A DNA stretch of 64,000 bases from positions 6,544,122 to 6,608,121 of the forward strand of contig MU053810.1 of assembly GCA_013239625.1 (NCBI GenBank). Direction: 5' to 3'. Positions within the stretch are counted from its first letter, which is position 1, and every line of letters begins with the position of its first letter. Shown here piece by piece: positions 1 through 13,818 of the stretch. The translations under genes were made by a program, and so were the position numbers. The notes beneath the pieces are model-generated. The model ran no database searches. It was not told where the DNA came from and saw only the letters and a program-made list of their open reading frames with translations. The stretch is from Lama guanicoe. Its lineage: Eukaryota.

Positions 1-1109
1 CCTAGGAGGATTATGTGAGTGTCATTTAACAACCATGAAATAGAGTTTTTAGGCAAACATGGTTCAGGGTGAACTTTCCCTCATTTTTGATATACTTCCC
101 CTTCCCTGTGATTGCAATGGTTAATCAGCGGCCCAAGAGTTCAGAGCATGCACATCTATGGAAGAATTTTGTCCCCTTTGACTTAAGCAACCTCAGTAAA
201 AATCCCAGTGTGCAGTCTTTTTTGAGACTTCCTGAAGCTGAAATGTAGACACCTCCTTGTCTCCTGTGTTACAAACGAATTTCTCATTTCACAACATGGC
301 AAAATTCTTTGCCATGTAATTAACTGGAAGCTGAGAAGCATCAAGTGGTGAGGTGAAGCTGGTTGTCTTGGTGGTGTTAAATTATACATTTGGCTAAAGC
401 TGAGGTAAAGTAATCCCACAGAGTTGGCTGAAATATTTACACTGGCAATTAGCATAATGGGGGCAGGAGATTCTGGACAAGATAGCTTTAAAAAGCAGGA
501 AAACCAGTGAAGTTAATGTCAAACAAACAAACAATAACAACAAAATCCAAAGAACCAAATCCACTTTTGGAAGTAAGTTTAAACATGTGTTCTGATCCGT
601 CAACATATTTTTTCTCTTCAAGTCCACCAAACGTGATTTTTCACCTCCTTTCATATATCTGCCTTTCTGATCTTTTAAAATTGTGACCCTCAGGGTGTAA
701 TGAATTCTCATTTCACCGAGTTCAGCTGTAAGAGGAAACAAACATACTATGCACTGTCTGGGCCATCTGCCTACCGGGCCCTTTCCATTCACCACGGGAT
801 TGAATCCTCACAAGAACCCGACAGGAAAGAAATTAGCATTTCCATCTAACAAAAGAGTAAACAAAGACAAAGAGAGGTTAAATAACTAACTCAAGGTTGA
901 ACTATTTGTAAGTGGTGGACGCAGGTAGTGAGAAGCAATCTTATATGTAGTTGACATTGTATAGAGTGTGGAATGTGCAGCTGACTTGCCCTTTTCTAAA
1001 GGTTGCCTAAAATAGTCACTTCTTTGTTTTTAGACACTATGTTTGTAGACCAGTGTTCAGATAAGAAATGAGGGACTTTGATGTGCTAGATTGGTTGACT
1101 GTCTTCTTT

Positions 1110-1845
1110 TAAAAAAACTGTAGTGAAATAAATATAATGTAAAAATTCCCATCTTAACTCTTTTTAAGTGCACTGCTCAGTGGCATTAAGCACATTCACA
1201 TTATTATGCTACTATCACCACCATCCATTCATAGAACTGGTTTCATCTTGTAAAATTGAAACTCTGTGTCCATTAGACAGTGACTACCATTCCCCTTCCC
1301 CCAGCCCCTAGCAACCACCATCCTACTTTCTGTCTCCATGAATTGACTACTCTAGGTACCTCAGCTAAGTGGAATCACATGGCATATGTCCTTTTGTGAC
1401 TGGCTTATTTTACTTCGCATCATGTCCTCAAGGTTCATCCATGTTGTAGCATGTGTCAGAATTTCCTTCCTTTTTAAAGGCTGAATGATCTCCCATTGTA
1501 TGTGTGTATCACATTTTGTTTATTAATTCATGCATTGATGGACATGTGGGTTGCTTCCACCTTTTGGCTGTTGTGAATAATGTTGCTATGAGCATGGATG
1601 TATAAGCACCTCAAGTCTCTGCTTTCAATTCTTTTGATTATATATCCAAGAGAGGAATTGCTGGATCAAATGGTAATTTTATTACTTTTTTTTTTTTTTA
1701 GGAACAACCATACTGTTTTCCACAGAGGCTGTACCATTTTACATTCCCACCAACAGTGCATAAGGGTTCCAGTTTCTTCACATCCTTTCCAACGTTGGTT
1801 AAGTTCTGTTTTTTTTTAAGTAGCCATCCTCATGGATGGGAGATG
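1110..1845 (-). mobile_element. Old L1 (L1MB-like) 3' end
   Basis: Typical antisense L1 3' UTR/ORF2-end text (aggttcatccatgttgtagcatgtgtcagaatttccttcc; ttacattcccaccaacagtg). Confidence 0.85.
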
Positions 1846-2039
1846 AGGTTGATTGCCTTTTAATGCATAGGTTTGCTTTTGTGTAGAAAGGTAGGAAGCT
1901 CCAAGGACACCCCCAAATATCTCACCACTGACTTATAAGTGAATCAGAAATTCCTTGCAATGTGTGAGTCATTGAAGGCTCTCAATAGAATGCATATTAG
2001 TATTTACTAATGAATAGCAGTTATCTAATTCTTTTCACA

Positions 2040-2160
2040 TATCCTTACAACCTTTCTGTGAGGTCAGTATTATTATCCCCATGTTACACGTGAAGAAACT
2101 GAGATATGGATGATTCAAGAGCCAGAAGATTCAAACTCAGATCCTCCGGCTCCAAATCCT
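2040..2160 (-). mobile_element. MIR SINE fragment
   Basis: MIR core motif attattatccccatgttacacgtgaagaaactgag. Confidence 0.6.
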
Positions 2161-2245
2161 GGATAGGCCCATACTGCTGGAGGCTGGAGGCAGTTGGGAA
2201 GGGTGTTAAAGAGAAAGTTGTTATCACTGATTAAAAATTATTGGC

Positions 2246-2753
2246 TAGTAGCCAAGACATGGAAGCAACCTAAATGTCAATTAATGACACACAGATAAAG
2301 AAGATGTGATATATATATTATATTACTCAGCCATAAAAAAGAATGAAATAATGCCATTTGCAGCAACATGGATGAGCCTAGAGATAATCATTTATTGCTT
2401 ATATGTGGAATCTAAAAAAAATGATACAAATGAACTTATTTACAGAAAAGAAACAGACTCACAGACATAGAAAGCAAACTTATGGTTACCAAAGGGGAAA
2501 GGGGGTAGAGGAGGGATAAATTAGAAGTTAGGGATTAGTGGACACAAACTGCTACATATAAAATAGACAAACAACAAGGTCCTACAGTACAGCACAGGGA
2601 AATATATTCAATAATCTGAAATAAACCATAATGGAAAAGAATATGAAGAAGAATCTATATACACATATGTACATATATGTGTAACTGAATCACTTTGCTG
2701 TACACCAGAAACTAACACAACATTGTAAACCAACTATATTTCAATTAAAAAAA
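2246..2753 (+). mobile_element. L1 3' end, 5'-truncated
   Basis: agccaagacatggaagcaacctaaatgtc...tgtacaccagaaactaacacaacattgtaaa followed by an A-tail. Confidence 0.9.
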
Positions 2754-5700
2754 TACTGGATTGATTATCAGGGAACAGAACATGAAAAGGTGTGGGACAA
2801 GGCACTGCTTAGATGGTGGGGTCTGGGAGTCAGAAAGGGTTTTACAAAATGTGGATACTTGCAGTAAAACTAAACTCAATGAAGGACCCTAGGATCTGGT
2901 AGTGGGGGAGCTTTCAAAAGAGAAGAAAGTTCAAGTAGAAACTGAGGAAAATTAAATACAATCATAACATGTTTCACTCTTTTGCGGAGGATGGGACTTG
3001 CTGACACACCTATATACACTGGGCAAGCCTGTCTTTCCTCAATTTTCCACCTGAAAACTGGAGATCACTATCTTCCTTACAGGAAAACCCAAAATATTTG
3101 ACTCTGTAACGTCTTCTAAGCTTCTCAGATAGAAGTGTCTACTGTGTTTTATTTACTTGAGTTAACTTTGAAAATGACAAAGATAATCAAACATTCTTTA
3201 TTCAACACAGAACTTGTATATTTAAAACAAAACACTGTATAGGAAAGTGTTAAATTCTCTTTCAAAATTTGTTCTGTAATGGCTCTAGAATGACTATGGA
3301 CTCCATTCACTTAAAAAATAAATGTGTAATAATGTTTGACATTCTGATAATGCAATCTGAAAAATGGCTTCAAGACCAGTGTTTTGAGATAAGTGAGAGT
3401 AAAAAATGAAAAGATCTGACATTACGACCCTGTCCATTTGTTCACGATCTGATCAATTGACACTAAGAGCTTTAAAATGTGGACAACCCTTTAGTAATCC
3501 ACCAAGTTTTTTCGTTAAATAATATGGAAGAATGCAACAGTAGTATGTTGAATTCAGAAATGAGACAAAATTAGAAATATGAATTAAACAGAAAAAAAAT
3601 GTAGAAAAGCCATGGAAATGAGATGGAGAATGGTCTAATACAACCAGCTGTCCCAAATAAAAAATCATGCCCTCACAGTGCTTTACCCATTTCAAAGTAT
3701 TTCTTGGTTTACATCGAAGTGTGCCAGTGGTGACTGTAATTCACGCATTCAATACAACTGCCAAGTGTAAGGTTAAAGCTACTAGAGTCATGCTCTACCT
3801 GCAGGGATAGCATATCACCAATGAGATTATACACATTTGTTCTAAAAAAGACTGAGAAGGAGGCAATATAAAATACTAAGAATGGAGCCCAACTTAAATG
3901 TCTTTCAATTAAAAACAAAAGAGATGGCATATCTTTTGGGGAGTGTGATATGAAAGATTATTTCCATGGTTTGTTATAACTCACCCAGACAAGTGCCACA
4001 GCAAATATTACTGACTCTCCCACTCCTGGGGAGAGATCCAATTCTAGACCAGTCCTGGAAATTAAGATATAAACTTTGATCATATCCAAAGGACTGACTT
4101 TGGTTAATGGCAACCCTGGAGAGTTTGACATCTCTGACAGTTATCCCCGATCAAGAATGTCCCAAAAGAACATGCTGTGATTGAAGTACTTCTGCAAAGC
4201 ATATCAGGAAAGGCCCCAGGAAGGCTTTACCACTGTCCTCACCAAATATCTCTAAAATTACATGCACATACACACAAGTAGAGGTAGTCCAAAAAGATTC
4301 TGTTTATAAATGAATTGCACTGTGTGTGTGCCTAGGTATACATGCACACATACACACATATGCTGCAATGATTCCTATTTCACTCATGGTCACAGGTATT
4401 TTTAGAATAAATGGATAGTAAAGAAGAAAAATAAGTCAGTGGAGGTTCTTTTAAGAAGCCAGATAATAAAGGGAAAGAAAGAGGGGCAGCAGTGTAAGAA
4501 AGGCTTTTTTTTTTAGGCTGGTGAAGATGAAAGCAAGACAAAGAAGCCAATAGAAGAGGAACAACTGAAGGTCACGTGCCAATCTATCTTGGAAAAAAAT
4601 ATGTGTATGTATAGCAGATGCTAAGAACATATGTCGTGCCCTGTGCAACTGGCTTTACGAGAGTTTTCCCAAAACAACCCTGAAGCGTGAAACTTATTTT
4701 CTCCCACAGTACCTTTAAAACAGCTCTGAGCCCATTGCATTAGAATCTTTGTTTCTATGTCTCCTTAAAGGCAAAAATCACTTATTCATTTTTAGGTCCT
4801 TAATGCCTTAGCACAGGGTGGGGCTTCTGTTCGGCAATTGACTAAATGGCTGAATGAAATGACAGGGAGAAGAGGAAGAAGAAATGGAGTGAATCCAGAA
4901 GGCAAATGAACACACAGGCACCCTGAGCCCTGGAAAGTTAACGTCAGTCTTCAGAAATGTTGGAAAAGGGGACCTAGAGAGGAAATATATAGTAAGACTT
5001 TGAAATGGAGAGATGGACATACTGTGGAAGTGGGCAGTGCCTTGCAGTGCTGCTCAGTACAGTGAGGGTGTGTGTGTGCCCCCATGTGTGGTGGAGGCTG
5101 GGTCTCCTGGAGAAGAGAGGGATTTCTAGCCCATAGCTGGAAGCTACAAGGGAAGGGTCAAGTCACTGCTGGGTACCCATGAGGAAGTGTGATGGGGGAG
5201 TCGCTGAAATCAACTCAATCACTGGAATTAAAATCTTTTCTCCCACAATATTTGGAAATTCAAGAATAGGAATTGGCAAAGTGAAAGATGCAGAAAGTCA
5301 AGTAGGGAAGCAATTGTAAAGTGGTGACCAGTATACTGGGGGACATTAGGCTGGGGAGTCCAGTCTAGGGAGATGGGAAGCAAGAAAATCTACCAAAATG
5401 GCCTCAGATTTCCTGCCACCATGTCTGATTTGTTCATTTTTTCCTGATAAGCCAACTCTAGAAATGCCCAGTTGTGCCCTTTTCTAGAAGCAGCGAGAGC
5501 CTCCTTGAATACTAGGCTGATTGATTTTCGGAGGGATTTCAACCTAAGGAGTCAGCTTGGGTGCAGAGAATGCTATTCTTAGCTCAAAGCACAGGTGACT
5601 CAGAGGCAGAACAAATCTAGCATCAAGGGAGGCTAGCTCACAGAAGGTGTGTGGCCATGCATCAAATTATTGTCCCCTCACTCTCAGGATTGAGCTGGGA

Positions 5701-7429
5701 TCCCCTGGTCTCCTGTGTGAATTAAGAGAATCCTGCTGTGAGGACATTTCTGGCTTCCCCTTTGGGCAAATTACACACACAAAAAAACAGCAAACAAAGT
5801 TCACATAAGACTGCTCAGCTAAATCTGTTATTGTTCCCATAAGGGAATGTCAATTGCCCATCGACCTCATCGATAAACCAGACAGGTCACTGTAGGTCAT
5901 GATGGCCCAAAATGGTCCCTCACATATTTTAACATTAATAGGTTATAATGCTTATCCCAGTGACATTGTTTCTGCCTCTGTGATTATGAGCCATCTTCCT
6001 GATTCTTAAACACACTGAGCATTTAGTATCTGATCATCTGAGTCTTTCTGAAAGTAAATATAAGAAACAACTATACTGGACACTTTGACCCAGGTTACTA
6101 CACCACACTTTTTTCAGAGTCATTTTTAAGCCAGCAGCTTCCCAGATCCAAGATGACTGATATCATTACTAGTAGTAACCAAGTATCTGAGAAAGGCAGA
6201 CTGAGTCTCACCAGAGGTCATTTTCCATCAGCAATCCACCCTGGACAACCCTCAATGTCACATTTGTTTTCTCCTCTTCTTGGCTAATTTGTATCCATTT
6301 TTCTTTAAAATGTTTTGTCATCATATTAATACTGTGGTTGTTCTCAATGAAGAATTATTTATTTATCCCCTATTAATATGACACATAGGGGTTTAACACT
6401 GTGTTAGGTTCCCTGATAAACAGAAAAGAAGGAAATGAAATGGCTCCTATCTTCAAGTGCTTAATTTGTTTATTTATTTATGTTGATGTACAACATTATG
6501 CAAATTTCAGGTGTACAACATAGTGATTCATAGTCTTTAAAAGTTGTACTCCATTTATAATTACTGTAGACTGTTGGCCATATTCCCTGTGCTGTACAAT
6601 ATATTCCTATAGCTTATTTATTTTATACACAGTGGTTTGTACCTCTTAATCCCTTATCTCTGTCTTGCCCCTCCCCCCTTCCCTTTCCCCACTGGTAACT
6701 ACTAGTTTGTCCTCCATATCTGTAAGTCCATTTCTTTTTTGCTATGCTCACTAGTTTGTATATTTTAGATTCCACATATAAGTGATATCATACAGTATTT
6801 GTCTTTCTCTGACTTTTCACTAAGCATAATACCTCCAAGACCATCAAGTTTTTGCAAATGGCAAAATTTCATTCTTTTCATGGCTGAGTAATATTCCATT
6901 CCACATCTCTTTATCTATTTGTTGATGGACATGGGTTATTTCCATATCTTGGCTATTATAAATAATGCTACTATGAATATTGGGGTGCATATATCATTTC
7001 TAATTAGTGGGTTTTTTTCCTGGATATATACTCAGGAGTGGAAGTGCTGGGTCATATGTTCTTTCTACTTTTAGTTTTTAAAGAAACCTCCAAACTGTTT
7101 TGCACAGTGGCTGCACCAATTTACCTTTCCACAACAGTGTATGAGGGTTCCCTTTTCTCCACAACCTCCCTGACATTTGCTATCTGTGGTCTTTTTGATG
7201 ATAGCAATTTTAACAGGTGTGCCATGATATCTCATTGTGGTTTTGATTTGCATTTCTCTGATGATTAATGATGTTGAGCATCTTTTAGTGTGCCTGTTGG
7301 CCAACTATATGTCTTTTTTGGAAAAATGTCTATTTAGGTCTTCTGCCAATTTTTTAATCAGGTTGATTTTTTTTTCCTGTTGAGTTGTATGAGCTGTTTA
7401 TATATTTTGGATATTAACCCCTTATTGAG

Positions 7430-7588
7430 AGGGAATGTCAATTGCCCATTGACCTCATCGATAAACCAGAGAGGTCACTGTAGGTCATGATAGCCCAAAA
7501 TGGTCCCTCACATATTTTGACATTAATAGGTTATAATACTTATCCCAGTGACATTGTTTCTGCCTCTGTGATTATGAGCCATCTTCCT
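7430..7588 (+). repeat. 159-bp copy of 5842-6000 inserted in L1
   Basis: Direct alignment, 5 mismatches. Confidence 0.95.
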
Positions 7589-7727
7589 ACTCATATCATT
7601 TGCAAATATTTTCTCCCATTCAATAGTTTGCCTTTTCATTTTGTTGATGGTTTTCTTTGCTGTGCAAAAGCATTTAAGTTTAATTAGTTCTCATGTATTT
7701 AGTTATGCTTTTATTTCCTTTGCTTAA

Positions 7728-7776
7728 TAAACACACTGAGCATTTAGTATCTGATCATCTGAGTCTTTCTGAAAGT
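7728..7776 (+). repeat. 49-bp copy of 6007-6055, flanked by a 50-bp duplication of L1 sequence (7676-7725 / 7773-7822)
   Basis: Exact matches read from the sequence. Confidence 0.95.
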
Positions 7777-7912
7777 TTAATTAGTTCTCATGTATTTAGT
7801 TATGCTTTTATTTCCTTTGCTTTAGGAGACAGATCCAAAAGACATTGGGAGTGTGCTTGGGATCAGCACCTACAGAGAAGTAAAGAAAGCGGAATCAGAC
7901 AGATTATTCTCC

Positions 7913-7950
7913 CTGATATCATTACTAGTAGTAACCAAGTATCTGAGAAA
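7913..7950 (+). repeat. 38-bp copy of 6157-6194
   Basis: ctgatatcattactagtagtaaccaagtatctgagaaa is identical at both sites. Confidence 0.95.
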
Positions 7951-10515
7951 TGTGTAATGTCAGCTTGTGCATCATATTCTGATTCAGTTGATTCCACATC
8001 AAATCAGGCACGAGGTTTTTAGACTAAAACATTCCAGAATGTTCACTTTTCATCTGGGCTCTGAACAGGAGGAAACTGTCACTGAAAAAGCTTTCAAACT
8101 CCTTGCATGATCAAGGTGCACTGAGGGAATTCAGGGGCCAACCAGAACAGAACAGCACTAATTCTTCAAGGAAGACTCAGTGGTCAGGAAATGCAGAAGC
8201 ACATAGCAGAACTAGGAGGTGTCATGGCCCTTCTGGGTACACAAGTAGAAACAATGGAATCATCTGTGATGACAATAACACCCCAGGTGGACATCTTCGC
8301 TCAAACCAGGCAACAGAGATGAAAGCAACAAAGTATCCAGAGGCAGAAACAGCCAATGTTCAGCCCTCCCTAAAGCAGCAGCTGTGTTTTCTTTATTTTG
8401 TTTGTTTTTGTCTGAGGTTCACTCTCTAAAAACAATATGTGAGGGAGGCTATGGCTAGAGAGGGGTTGCCTTTTTTTCTGGAGACAAGAAGCTCTTGGGT
8501 GTCCTAAAGCTGGCTTCCAGCTCCCTTAGGCATGCTTATCAGAAGTCAGTTTGCACCAGGGACGGAGGAGCGAACTAGGAGACAGATTCCCCAAAGGCAG
8601 AAAGGAGTCGTGATGAGGCTGACCCAGAAACAGAAACAGAGCACAAACTGTCACTCAGCTACATCCCTGGACCTTGACTGAGTCCAAGGGCGAGGATGGA
8701 AGCTGTGAGGCAAGTAAATAGCTGTTACACCTGAAGCTGATGGTGTCTGGGCAGGCAGCATGGGAGGTGCTTTTTCAGCATCATTTGGGTGAGGACCCTG
8801 AGGTGTCTGTTGTGCCATAGACCACCAGGGTCCAGGCCCCTCGGGGACTCCGAAGCATCTGTGGTGGTTCAGGTGTGGGACGACAGAAGCAGGATGGTAC
8901 CGGGAGGGAGGCCGTCATCTGAGATGATGTGATCATCCGAGTGCCTGGGGAAGACTGGATGGAGGCTCTATAGTGTCACATATAAGCCCCCCTGGGACAA
9001 TGGGAGTTGTCACTTATAATGATGCTTTCTTCTGAAATATACATTTGTTAATTTTTTCCTTCCCTTAATGAAATACTTTTGAATACATTATAGTCTTGTT
9101 TATCATACAAGGAATCCAAGCCTACAGAGTTTATCACTTGCTTAAAAGTCCCATTATGTACCTATCTGACTCTTATCTACCTATTGGGATTTGAACGCAA
9201 GAAGCCAGACTGCAAACCTGACACAATTTTTCTACATCCTGAATTTCAGCCTTTTAAGATGTTGCTTTTTGGACAGTTTTTATGACACATTCAAAGATTT
9301 CTCTGCTAAGAAACTTATTTCCTTCATACTGTCGTGTGCCGGTTTCCGCTAATATTTTCTCGCCATCTGTCATATATGATCAGTTTAGCATCAGAAGATC
9401 CAAGTCTGCAAATATTTTGTATCAACAGAAGCCTCCCAGCTGATTTCAAATATGCTGAAAGTGAGCCTTAGAATGAAGAGTGTGATGAATTGTCAAATCC
9501 ATAATGTGTGATGTTTCTCTAGAGGATTTCTTCAGAGAGTTCCTAGTAATATTCAAAGCAGTTAAATGCATTCATTTTCTCTGATGGTGACCAAGTCCTT
9601 TTGATTTGAGAATAGGAATGATTCAGTGTCTGCCAAGAGACTGAACGTTTGGATTTTTGGGTTACGAACACTGTCTACTGCCCCTTCTTTATTGTAGGCT
9701 AAGCCTTCTGGCCCTTGGAGTGGGTAGGAAAGGCGGTCTCTTGTGTGCATGCATGCGAGTGGTTGGTGACAAGCTTCCAGCAGAGCTGCTCTGAGGACCT
9801 GGGGCTGCCCAGGTCTCCCTGCACCGACAGAGGAGTGTCCCCAGCACAGCGTGGGTCAGGAAGTCCTGTGACCAGGTGACAGCCACTGTGCTTCACAGAC
9901 AGTGTCCCTGACCTCCATACCAAACAATCAAGAAAGAAATCCAGGCCAACAACCGGTATCTGCCCTGACAGCCTTCATCATTCTTCTGCCACTCAGCTTT
10001 AGGGCACTCACAAATTAAAGCTGTATTTTAGCAAAGCCATAGAGATAGGTGCTAGTCTCATAACTGAGGTCTCCTCTTCGAGCAAAATGATTCATCTCTG
10101 GTTTTTCCTTGATTCTCTCTTCACCACAATAGCTACTATAACACGTCCAGCAGGGTTACATGTCCACAGATCTTTCCTTCTTTCTCAAACTACTTTTTAT
10201 GTTCCTTCACATCGCCTTACATTAATTACTATTATACTTTCAATATTTATTATTAAGAATGAATGGTCATTACATGAAATTGAGACACTATACCAAAATA
10301 AAAATAAGCACAAATCACCTGTATTTACACTACCCAGGTATAACCATGGTTGAAATGTTATAATTCCTTCAAGTCATAAATGTATATGCAGAATCAGATT
10401 AATTTTGAATGTACTACTTTAATCTTATTTTAAAACAACAGGATGAGAACTTTCCCATGTATTTTTACCTGTCAAAATAAAAACATTTAAAAATATTTAT
10501 AATGTTCTAGGAGAC

Positions 10516-10537
10516 ATATATATATATATATATATAT
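10516..10537. repeat. (TA)n microsatellite
   Basis: Read directly. Confidence 0.9.
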
Positions 10538-10699
10538 TAGCTATATCCTAATAATTTTACGTGTTTTAACATTTAAATTCATAGAAGAGAAGATGCTGTA
10601 ACTGTTACATCAAAAATATGTAATGATACTAACATAATGTTTAGATGTATCCAGCTGGCAAAAGACAAAAAATAATTTGAAAGAGGTATGCTTGCTTTT

Positions 10700-12060
10700 T
10701 TGTTAATGTTGTTATTTCAATCTCAAACTTACAAAAAAGTTGTAAGAATGTTTTTATATTCATGAACCATTTGACACTACGTTGCTTACATGATAACTCA
10801 TCATCCCTGAATGTTTTGGTGTACTTCCTACAAGCAAGAATATTTTGCTACCTAATTATCATATCATTACCATCAAATTCAGGGGATTTGCACTGGGACA
10901 TGACTACCACCTCATCTTCAGGCCCCATTCCAGTTTCAACAATAGTGTTCTTTATGTGAAAGGATCTAATCCAGAATCACATTGCTTCTAGTTGCCAGGC
11001 CACTTTCGTCTCCTTAAATGTAGAATGGTGCCTAAGTATTTCCTTAATTTTCAAAACCTTGGTAGTTTTGAAGATTATAGGTCAGCTGTTTTGTAGACTG
11101 TCCCTCCTGAGTTTGTCTGTTGGTTTTTAAAAAAATTTTTTTTTCAGTTTTATTGAGATATAAGTGACATGTAGCACTGTCATAAGTGTAAGGTGTACAG
11201 CAGAATGGTTTGACTTATAGACATGAAATGATGACCACAATAAGTTTAATGAAGATCCCTCATCTTATATAGATACAAAATTAAAGAAAGAAAGGAAGAA
11301 GGCAAGAATGATTTTTTTTTTCCCTTGTCAGAGAACGCTTTGGAATTACTCTCTTAACTTCCACATGTAACGCACAGCAGTTTTCATTATGTTTATTGTG
11401 TTGTACACCTCATGAGTTTGCTGAGTTTCCTTGTGATTAGATTCAGGTTATACAGCTTTGTCAGGCATATCACAGAGGAGATGCTGTGTTCTTATTACAT
11501 CCTACCAGGTGGAACTCTTCTTGGACTTGTCCCAATATTGGTCATGTTCACTTTAAACACTTGATTAATTCTGCCAGAATTCTTCACTGTGAAGTTCCTC
11601 CTTCCCACTTTTGTCATTAATAACTAATTTTGAGGGGAAGAATTCTTTACCTCAATTTTTCAATTGATTCATTATTAATTTAAGTCAATATAGACTCATG
11701 GATTCCTGTTTTATGCACTGGGTTATAATCTATTACTATCATTTATTTTGATGCTCCAGTCACCCCAGATTTGGCCAGTTGAAGTGTACATGTCCTTTTG
11801 ATTTACCCCCTGTATTCTTTGGGCATTTCTCACTTTCTGGCATGCTAAGATGTCCTAGGCCCATTTTGTACTTTTCTACTCCAGTCTTGGAATCAGCCAT
11901 TTCTTCAACGTGTCCTAGTTTCTTTTTAACAGAGGTTGGAATTTAGAAACCAAGTCTGTTTACTCAGTGTGCTCATTGGTTTTGTGGTATCATTGCTCCC
12001 AGGACCTCTCAGTAAACAAAACCACAGGAAGGAAATTATACATACATACATATTCATATC
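10700..12060 (-). mobile_element. Old L1MC/ME-like 3' region with a nested younger L1MA-like piece (~11135-11410)
   Basis: L1M 3' UTR motifs (gattagattcaggttatacagctttgtcagg; ggaatttagaaaccaagtctg); nested ttttattgagatataagtgacatgtagcactg with a T-tail. Confidence 0.65.
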
Positions 12061-12145
12061 AATATTTATTTCTATACCTATTAATATTGAGGACACCAGA
12101 GTTTTATATACTTACGTAATCTATCATCATTTAAAAATGTATAGT

Positions 12146-12313
12146 CTTAGCACAGGGAACCATATTCAATATCTTGCAGTGGCCTATGGTGAAGAAGAAT
12201 ATGAGAATGAATGTATGTATGTTCCTACGTGACTGAAGCATTGCACTGTATGCCAGAAACTGACACAACATTGTAAACTGACTGTACTTCAATAAAAATA
12301 TATTTAAAAAAAT
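12146..12313 (+). mobile_element. Short L1 3' end with TSD
   Basis: agcacagggaaccatattcaatatcttg...cttcaataaaa; TSD aaaatgtatagt (12134-12145) / aaaatgtacagt (12314-12325). Confidence 0.85.
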
Positions 12314-13699
12314 AAAATGTACAGTGTCTTCTATTATTTGTATGTCATAAAGTCCTTGCCCATCAAGCTATTATTAATTTGAATCTTCTAGCTTTCTAAT
12401 GGATTTCTTTATTGGGTTAGTTACTCAACCAGAATTTATTTGGTGTATGTTATAAGCTGAAACTCTTGTTGGTTTATTGTTTCAATTAATTAGTCAATCT
12501 CCAACATACTTTATGGAATAATACATCTCTTCCTCATTTATAATATTCTCTTTTCAAATATGAATTTTCATATATTATATATTGAGGTCTCAGGGAATCT
12601 CCATTCTGTTCTGTTGGGGTTTTTTGCCCCTGCCATTTTCACTACTGTTTTCACTATTGTATCATTAAATTATATTTTAATTTCTATTACGGTAATTTCT
12701 CTACACCAGAACTCTTGCAAGCCAATGGACTAGTATTTTGTGGCTTCCAGAACACTTGGAAGCATGGTGAATTGACTGAGGGAATTATCTGGAGTTTGAG
12801 GGCCTTGTGTCATTTCCCAGATTTTGTTAGCTGTGCGGCTATTTCTTTTGATTGCCGTAGATTCTGGAGAGGAGAGCATTCGTGCCATCTGGGACATACT
12901 GGCAAGATACAGGTACGCTGGTAGCTCCTTCCTAATGAGACAATTCACCAGAGCATCTGCAGGAATGTGAATAACAAACAGGGAAGTTGGATTTTGACTC
13001 TTCTGTACAAAGAGAAAAATGAAGCTCCCTCAGTTGTAGTATTATTCATCAACTTTTTACCTCCCTCTTTTGTTTCCTATTTAATAGGTATCATTTGCAC
13101 AGGACCATTTTCACATCAAAGCAAACCTAGGGAACAACCATGGGTAGCCTGGAAATTAAAGTCTAAGTTAGTGTAAGAATTAAAACAAAAATGTGAAAAC
13201 AAAGCGTGGACAACAGGGCTTCATCTTTGTATTATAAAATCCAGGAAGTTAATTTCATCATCTCTGAATCTGACTATTACTGTATCTCTTTTATTCCTCC
13301 TGGTGATTAGGTAATCATGCTTTTTTGTTTGTTTTTTGGAGGAGGAGTGTTTTAGCTGGCTAAAGCCTTGGCAGCAAGCACCAAGGCAGCTCCACGATCC
13401 TGTACCTTTATTGTTATTGGTATTCCACAGGCAGGGCTACCAGTGTGTCCTTCATTTCTTGCTCCACTGATTTACAAATGGTAACTGTATAGCTGGGAAT
13501 CAACACAGTGGGAGACTAAGAGAAAAAAAAAAAACAAACCCGCCCCTAATCTCTTAAATGGCTATCAGGCAAGTGTCCAGAAAGCATCGTTATCTGAAAC
13601 AGCAGAGTGGCAGTGGAAACATTGATGGCAGAAGATAACACGTCACAAAGCTAGATGAGAATAGTAGGTCATTGGTGCTTAAATGTTTCATATTGTTTC

Positions 13700-13754
13700 A
13701 AAGGTGCAACTTTTATTATTCAGTTCTGAAAAGGTGCAACTTTTATTATTCAGT
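13700..13754. repeat. 25-bp perfect direct repeat (30-bp period), each copy containing a minus-strand AATAAA
   Basis: aaaggtgcaacttttattattcagt at 13700-13724 and 13730-13754. Confidence 0.9.
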
Positions 13755-13818
13755 CGCACGGAAAATACTTAGTGGCTTTTAGCTAAAGTTATGGTAAGCG
13801 TGGCAAATAAGAAGAGGC

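Larger units (their letters stand above)
6468..7842 (-). mobile_element. L1 3' portion (ORF2 C-terminus + 3' UTR), interrupted by templated insertions
   Basis: ORF 7071..7304(-) gives [31 protein letters not shown], the L1 ORF2 C-terminal motif; antisense 3' UTR at 6470-6900. Confidence 0.92.

Noticed and set aside
2208..2224. 17-bp match aaagagaaagttgttat with ~22209-22225
   Set aside because: A-rich, 20 kb apart and with no extended homology; compatible with chance.
13431..13480. Plus-strand exon-like segments (also ~26930-27023, ~44920, ~55223, ~62795-62854)
   Set aside because: Isolated splice-like signals with no consistent chain or recognisable product.
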